Source: Myxococcales bacterium
Lineage (GTDB): Bacteria; Myxococcota; Myxococcia; Myxococcales; Anaeromyxobacteraceae
Direction: 5' to 3'
DNA: 18,924 nucleotides
Assembly: GCA_038320275.1 (NCBI GenBank)
Contig: JBBQEB010000069.1
Location: 1-18,924, forward strand
The position numbers were made by a program, and so were the translations under genes. Positions 13,925 through 18,924 of the stretch are shown piece after piece. How positions within the stretch are numbered: position 1 is the first letter of the stretch; every line of letters begins with the position of its first letter. A model generated the notes under the pieces. It ran no database searches. It saw nothing but the letters and a program-made list of their open reading frames with translations, and was not told where the DNA came from.

Positions 13925-15040
13925 TCACAGCGTCCGCCGGAACAGGGCTGCGGCCGCGATCATCGAGAAGGCGCTGAAGGCGGCGAGCACGGCGAGGTCG
14001 CCAGCCAGCGCGCGGAGCCCCACCCCCTGCACCAGGAGCGCCCGCAGCGCGTGCACGGCGTAGGTGAAGGGATCGACCGCTGCGATGACCCGCATCCAGG
14101 GGGGAAACGCCTGCGTCGGGTAGACCGCACCGCTGGGAAAAAAGAGGAGCGTGGAGAGGAGGCCTGAGGCGATGCGCGGGATCATCGGGTCGCTCACGCG
14201 CGCCATGAGCATGAACATCAGGCTGACGAGCGCGAGCGCCGTCATCGCGACCACGAGGGCGAGCTCGAGGAGCCGCACTGGCGCGAAGGGGTGAGGGATC
14301 CCGGCGAGCATCGAGCCCACCACCGTGAGGCCCATGCCGGCGATGAAGGCTTTGATGGCCCCCGAGATGTTGAAGCCCGCTACCAGCTCGAGCCTGGTCA
14401 CTGGGGTGACGAGATATCCCTCGTGGAGGCCGCGCGACTTGTCGTCGATGAAGCTGAAGGCGCCGCCGATCATGACCATGGTGAAGATGGCGAGGACCAC
14501 CGACCCGGGGAGCAGATACTGGATGTAGGGGACGTAGGGAAAGAGCTCCACCACGTCGAGCGTCACCTTGTCGGAGACGCGCTTGGTCGAGGCGCGCGGC
14601 GCATCGAAGGCGGCGACCAGCGCGGAGAAGGTGTTCCCGAGGGTCCCCGCGACGAAGCGATCGGTGTTGTTCTGGATCAGGGCAACGCGCGGGTCCTCCT
14701 TCGCGAGTACCCGGCGCGAGAAGCCAGGAGGGATGGTGATGACGCCGTCGACCTTCCCGCTCCGCAGATCGGCGAGCGCGCCTCCCTCGTCCGCATACGG
14801 GAGCGTCACGAAGGTGCGCGCGTTGGCGGCGACGGCGTTGGTGAGGGCCCGAAGCCTCACCGCCGACACGCCATGGTCGTGGTCGACGAGCGCCACCCGG
14901 AGATCTTGCAGGTTGCCGCCGTACGCGTAACCCAGCACCACGAGTTGAAGCAGCGGCCCGACGATGGTCACCACGATGAGGAGGGGATTGCGGCGAAAGC
15001 GCCTCAACTCGCGCTCGACCAGCGCCCAGACACGGTGCAT
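13925..15040 (-). CDS. ABC-2 type exporter permease
   Basis: N-terminal TM, periplasmic domain (ALVDHD), YLLPG, five further TM segments, FPSGAVYP..FP.W and DPFTYAV. Confidence 0.92.
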   Translation of the reverse strand: MHRVWALVERELRRFRRNPLLIVVTIVGPLLQLVVLGYAYGGNLQDLRVALVDHDHGVSAVRLRALTNAVAANARTFVTLPYADEGGALADLRSGKVDGVITIPPGFSRRVLAKEDPRVALIQNNTDRFVAGTLGNTFSALVAAFDAPRASTKRVSDKVTLDVVELFPYVPYIQYLLPGSVVLAIFTMVMIGGAFSFIDDKSRGLHEGYLVTPVTRLELVAGFNISGAIKAFIAGMGLTVVGSMLAGIPHPFAPVRLLELALVVAMTALALVSLMFMLMARVSDPMIPRIASGLLSTLLFFPSGAVYPTQAFPPWMRVIAAVDPFTYAVHALRALLVQGVGLRALAGDLAVLAAFSAFSMIAAAALFRRTL

Positions 15041-15053
15041 GGGTGCTCCTCGG

Positions 15054-16046
15054 CTACCGGTGCTTCACGTGGAGGGGGAGCCGGTCCGCGGCAGACGGCT
15101 CCTGGAGCTCGTCGCGCAGCCCGCGCCCGGTGTATTGCACGAAGACGTCGTCGAGCGTGGTGCTGGCCACGGTCAGCGAGCCGACCGTGACCCGCGCCGA
15201 CTCGGCTGCGTCGAGGAGGGCCCGCGTGGTGATGGGGCCGTCGGAGGTGGCGATGCGGAAGGCGGCCCCGGCGCAGGTCACCCGCTCCACCGCCGGGAGC
15301 GCGCGCAGCCTCTCGGCCCATGACGGCGGAGCGTTCGCGAAGCCGACGTCGAGGAGGCTCTTCCCGGGAACGCTTGCCTTGAGCGCCGTGGGCGTGTCGA
15401 GCGCGACCAGATGCCCGCGGTCGACGATGGCCACGCGGTCGCAGAGGCGATCGGCCTCGTCGAGGTAGTGGGTGGTGAGGAGGACGGTGAGATCCTGCGT
15501 GGCCTTGATCTTCCGCACCATCTCCCAGACGGCCATCCGCGACACCGGGTCGAGGCCGGTGGTGGGCTCGTCGAGGAACAGGATGCGTGGCTGGTGAACC
15601 AGGCCGCGAGCGATCTCGACGCGCCGACGCATCCCGCCCGAGAGGAACTTCACCGGGCGGTCAGCCCAGTCGGTGAGCTGTACCGCTTCCAGGAGCTCCG
15701 CGATCAGGGCGCCGCGGCGGGCGCGAGGCACGCCGTAGAGCTTGGCAAAGATGACCAGGTTCTCCTCGACGCTCAGGTCGAGGTCGCTCGTGAGGTTCTG
15801 GGGGATGACGCCGATGGCCCGGCGCACGCCGCTGGGGTCACGGGCGACGTCGCAGTTCGCCACCGCGGCGGTGCCGCCGCTGGGGGGAACCAGCGTGGTC
15901 AGCATGCGGATGAGGGTGGACTTGCCGGCGCCGTTGGGCCCGAGAAGCCCGAAGACCTCACCCTCCTCCACCGCGAAGGAGATGGCGTCCACGGCCGTGA
16001 AGGGACCAAAGCGCTTGGTGAGCGCACGCACGTCGACGACGCTCAC
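15054..16046 (-). CDS. ABC exporter ATP-binding protein (DrrA/CcmA-like)
   Basis: GPNGAGKST, LSGGMRRR, ILFLDEPTTGLDP, TTHYLDEA, C-terminal TLDDVF. GTG 16046 overlaps the HlyD stop. Confidence 0.94.
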   Translation of the reverse strand: MSVVDVRALTKRFGPFTAVDAISFAVEEGEVFGLLGPNGAGKSTLIRMLTTLVPPSGGTAAVANCDVARDPSGVRRAIGVIPQNLTSDLDLSVEENLVIFAKLYGVPRARRGALIAELLEAVQLTDWADRPVKFLSGGMRRRVEIARGLVHQPRILFLDEPTTGLDPVSRMAVWEMVRKIKATQDLTVLLTTHYLDEADRLCDRVAIVDRGHLVALDTPTALKASVPGKSLLDVGFANAPPSWAERLRALPAVERVTCAGAAFRIATSDGPITTRALLDAAESARVTVGSLTVASTTLDDVFVQYTGRGLRDELQEPSAADRLPLHVKHR

Positions 16047-17095
16047 CGCCGCTCCGGGACAAGGACGCTCACGGTGGAGCCGAGCGCCAGCCGCCGGTCC
16101 ACGTTGTCGACCCGGAGGCGGATCTCGAAGGTTCGGATGTCCCGCTTCGTGCGGCTCACGTCGCGCTGCGTTGCGAACGCCGCGTCCACACCGCGAAAGA
16201 AGACCTCGCCCGTGCGCGACTCGCCGGACGGGAGCCGCACCTCCAGCCGGTCGCCCAGCCGGACCCGGCCAATGGCTCCCTCTTCGACGTCCGCGCGAAC
16301 CCACAGGTCATCGGGATCGACGAGCGTGACCACGGGCTGCCCCACCGCAACGTGCTCGCCCGCGCGCGCCACGCGGACGTCGACCACCCCGGCAATGGGG
16401 GAGAAGAGGCTCGCGTAGGCGAGTCGAACGTCGGCCCGGGATCGCTGGGCCTCGACGGCGGCCTGCTGCCCGCGCGCAGCGAGGAGCGACGCCCGCTTCG
16501 CGGCCACCTGCTCCGCGCCCGCCTTCGCCACGTCCAGGGCAGCGCGCTGTGCCTCGATCTTGCCTTCGAGCGCGGCGACGCGCGCGCCGGCCGCCGCGAG
16601 CATGGTGCGCGCGTGGTCGCGGTCCTGCTCGGTGACCGCGCCGCCGCTCGCCAGGCGGTCCTGGCGCCCCAGGATCGTTTGCGCGTCGTCAAACTGGGCG
16701 GCCGCCTCGGCGCGATCGCTCTCCGCCGAGGCGAGGCCTGCCCGCGCCTGCCGGATGCGCGCGGCGCTCTCCCGCTCCTGGTAGCGCAGCGTGGCGGCCG
16801 TCTCCGCGACCTGGGCCGAGAGCCCCTCGGCACTCCGGGCGTAGTAGGCGCCCTCCGCCTTCAGCTCCGCCGGCTCGATGCCGGCGAGGCGCTGGCCGCG
16901 CACGACCGCGTCGCCCTCGCGCACCGTGAGGTCCACCAGTCGTCCCGCGACCTCGGGGCTCACCACCACCTCCTCGGTGGTGACCACCCCCGTGAGTACG
17001 AGCGTCTCCGGCCCGCGCCTCGCCGATGCGATCCACACGACCACAGCGGCAGTGCAGGCGGCCCCCGCGGTGACGCCAGCGCGTTTCCAGTGCAT
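16043..17095 (-). CDS. HlyD-family periplasmic adaptor of the ABC exporter
   Basis: N-terminal anchor, lipoyl-like halves (VSPEVAGRL..L.VREGD.V..GQ and SPIAGVV....GE.V..GQPV), central coiled coil. Confidence 0.92.
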   Translation of the reverse strand: MHWKRAGVTAGAACTAAVVVWIASARRGPETLVLTGVVTTEEVVVSPEVAGRLVDLTVREGDAVVRGQRLAGIEPAELKAEGAYYARSAEGLSAQVAETAATLRYQERESAARIRQARAGLASAESDRAEAAAQFDDAQTILGRQDRLASGGAVTEQDRDHARTMLAAAGARVAALEGKIEAQRAALDVAKAGAEQVAAKRASLLAARGQQAAVEAQRSRADVRLAYASLFSPIAGVVDVRVARAGEHVAVGQPVVTLVDPDDLWVRADVEEGAIGRVRLGDRLEVRLPSGESRTGEVFFRGVDAAFATQRDVSRTKRDIRTFEIRLRVDNVDRRLALGSTVSVLVPERR

Positions 17096-17118
17096 CGGGA
17101 CCCTCGGCAGTGAGCAGA

Positions 17119-17151
17119 ATGAAACGACGTTTGTGACGTACAGTGTTCAAT
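17119..17151. promoter_or_regulatory. Putative TetR operator(s) upstream of the efflux operon
   Basis: GACGTAC-AGT-GTTCAAT (17135-17151) resembles the perfect palindrome upstream of the TetR gene. A weaker AAAC-GAC-GTTT core is adjacent (17122-17132). Confidence 0.55.
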
Positions 17152-17226
17152 AGCGGGCGAACCGCGAGACGACGCATGCGCGAACTGGATCGGTCTGCGC
17201 GCCGCGCCCGGCAGCGCACGGAGGGG

Positions 17227-17973
17227 CTACCGGGGAGTCCCCTTCCCGCGGGTGGCCCGCGCCTCCTCCCGCCCGCCGCCGGCGGTGTCGGAGGGCGAGC
17301 CGTGGAAGAGCCCGGCCAGGACGACATCGATGGACCACGCGAAGCGCTCCCGGCCGCCGCCGGAGAGCAGCTCCTTCCGGATGGCATGGATCCGCGGATA
17401 CTGCTCCGCGGGGACGGCGCCGATCGCGCGCGAGAGCGGGCCGATGGGGTCGGGCCGGTCGCGGCGGGAGCTCTGCTCGGCGGCGATGGCCGTCGCGTAG
17501 AGCAGGAGCAGGTCGACCGCCCAGGCCGCCGTGGCGGGTTCGACCCCGCCCTCGTCGAGCAGCTCGAGCAGCGCCTCGACGATCCGGAGCGCGTTGGGGC
17601 CCGCCGCGATGGTCGCCATGGCGAGCTGAGCGAGGCCGGGGCTGCGGAAGAGAGCCTGGAAGTATGACTCCAGCACGAGCTTCAGCCGGCGGTGCCAGTC
17701 GTGGCCGCGCGTCCTCGGGGTCCGCACGCTCGCCAGGGCCCGGTCGAGCACCAGCGCCTGCAGTTCGCGCAGATCCTCCACGTACGCATAGAGCGAGGCG
17801 GCGCCCGTATCGAGGGCGCCGGCGATCCTGCGCAGGCTCATGCCTTCCAATCCGTGGCGGGTGAGAAGATCGAGCGCTGCGGCCACGATCGCTTCCCGGC
17901 TGAGCGGCTCCTTGACCGGGCCGCCCCGGCGGCTCTTGACGGGGTGAGCGGCGAACGGATCTCGGTGAGCCAT
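17227..17973 (-). CDS. TetR/AcrR-family transcriptional regulator (TetR_C-type C-terminal domain)
   Basis: LSREAIVAAALDLL...GLEGMSLRRIAGALDTGAASLYAYV HTH. C-terminal YP.I and ERF.W.ID..LAG. Confidence 0.94.
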   Translation of the reverse strand: MAHRDPFAAHPVKSRRGGPVKEPLSREAIVAAALDLLTRHGLEGMSLRRIAGALDTGAASLYAYVEDLRELQALVLDRALASVRTPRTRGHDWHRRLKLVLESYFQALFRSPGLAQLAMATIAAGPNALRIVEALLELLDEGGVEPATAAWAVDLLLLYATAIAAEQSSRRDRPDPIGPLSRAIGAVPAEQYPRIHAIRKELLSGGGRERFAWSIDVVLAGLFHGSPSDTAGGGREEARATRGKGTPR

Positions 17974-17981
17974 GGAAAGAA

Positions 17982-18010
17982 CAGGTATCGCGACGAACGC
18001 AGTTCGTCAA
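17982..18010 (-). promoter_or_regulatory. TetR gene promoter with embedded palindromic operator
   Basis: Perfect inverted repeat GACGAAC-GCA-GTTCGTC (17992-18008). It overlaps TTGACG (18010-18005), 17 nt, TACCTG (17987-17982), which ends 8 nt before the ATG. Confidence 0.65.
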
Positions 18011-18166
18011 GGGCCGCAGGCGCTCCCCAGCAATCACCGCAGCCTGGCGGTGGCTGCGCTCGGCGCGAGCGGGCGGAGGGAGCGCGCTGTCGCGCCTGCC
18101 CTGAGAGTTTGCGGAAATCTCCTCCTATCGCCGGGCAACGGCTGAGGAGAAGGGGGCTCGGCGACG

Positions 18167-18924
18167 TCAGTTCCGGTACTGCGCCCCCTCGTTGTTCGCC
18201 TCGATAGCCGCGTCGCCCAGGGCGGTGAGCACCGAGTGACCAGCGCCCCGCCGGTGCTCGCCCACCGGCTGGGCCTTCGAGGCGGGCACGTCGCCGCCGG
18301 CGCCCGGGAGGAGCTGCGCGACGAGGGCGAAGATGCGGCTGGTCACGTTGGGGGCCAGCGCGCCGAAGAGCCGGAGCGCCTTCGCGGGGAGCCCCACCGT
18401 GACGAAACCCTCGCCGCGCTCGCAGGCGAGCACCATCCGGCGCGCGGCTCGACCGGCATCCAGGGTGAGCAGCGGCAGGCTCGATGCGACGGAGAAGACC
18501 GACGCCTCCGGCGCTCGGTCCCCTTTCACCAGCGCGTTCACAAAGGAGCCGGTGCGCATGAGGCCCGGGACGATGGTGGTGACCACCACGCCGTCCTTGG
18601 CGACCTCCGGCGCGAGCCCGGTGGAGAAGCCCACCGCCGCGAACTTGGCCGTCGAGTACCCCAGGAGGTGTGGCACGGCGACCGCCCCGCCGATGGAGGT
18701 GACGTTCACGATGCGGCCGAAGTGGCGGGCGCGCATGGCGGGCAAGACCGCCAGGGTGGCGTGCACGATGCCCCAGTGGTTCGCGGCCATGGTCGCGTGG
18801 AGGTCCCCGAGGGAGAGAGTCTCCGCCGGTGCGACCTGGATGATGCCGGCCACGTTGAACAGGACCTCCACCGACCCCATCCGCTCCTCCACGGCGTGGA
18901 CCAGGGCCGCGACGGCCGCCGGAT
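18167..18924 (-). CDS. SDR-family NAD(P)-dependent oxidoreductase, 5' end outside the window
   Basis: LFNVAGI (NNAG-like), GRIVNVTSIGG, catalytic YSTAK, PGLMRT. The frame stays open to the window edge and the Rossmann TGxxxGxG motif is missing, so the gene is partial. Confidence 0.92.
   Translation of the reverse strand, partial: PAAVAALVHAVEERMGSVEVLFNVAGIIQVAPAETLSLGDLHATMAANHWGIVHATLAVLPAMRARHFGRIVNVTSIGGAVAVPHLLGYSTAKFAAVGFSTGLAPEVAKDGVVVTTIVPGLMRTGSFVNALVKGDRAPEASVFSVASSLPLLTLDAGRAARRMVLACERGEGFVTVGLPAKALRLFGALAPNVTSRIFALVAQLLPGAGGDVPASKAQPVGEHRRGAGHSVLTALGDAAIEANNEGAQYRN

Noticed and set aside
15054..16304. ORF-track start sites for the ABC ATPase (16304), DctQ (9034), GFA (8717), 4-Cys protein (4098) and small TM protein (1590)
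   Set aside because: They overlap neighbouring genes or promoters. Shorter starts with RBS or stop/start coupling fit the family domain boundaries.

Overview
High-GC bacterial window. Gene content and style suggest an Anaeromyxobacter-like Myxococcota/deltaproteobacterium (inference only). It holds four blocks. (1) 271-7429, minus strand: a heme-c-motif sensor histidine kinase and a sigma54-dependent NtrC-family regulator, then an intergenic region with three palindromic boxes, an IHF-like site and a sigma54-like promoter. These precede a compact redox operon: a 72-aa four-Cys protein, a possible 23-aa membrane peptide, a Tat-exported 4x[4Fe-4S] HybA/HmcB-like protein, an NrfD/HybB/HmcC-like membrane protein, a 58-aa HmcD-like membrane peptide, a triheme c7-type cytochrome, and a membrane-anchored GcvH-fold protein lacking the lipoyl lysine. 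No catalytic hydrogenase or molybdoenzyme subunit is present. This is the most interesting candidate system. (2) 7610-8555, minus: ArsN2-like GNAT and a GFA-family protein. (3) 8753-13849, plus: TRAP transporter DctPQM, family III CoA-transferase and purU. (4) 13925-18924, minus: ABC permease, ABC ATPase, HlyD adaptor, TetR regulator with a visible shared operator, and a 5'-truncated SDR. I saw no rRNA, tRNA, CRISPR array or mobile element.
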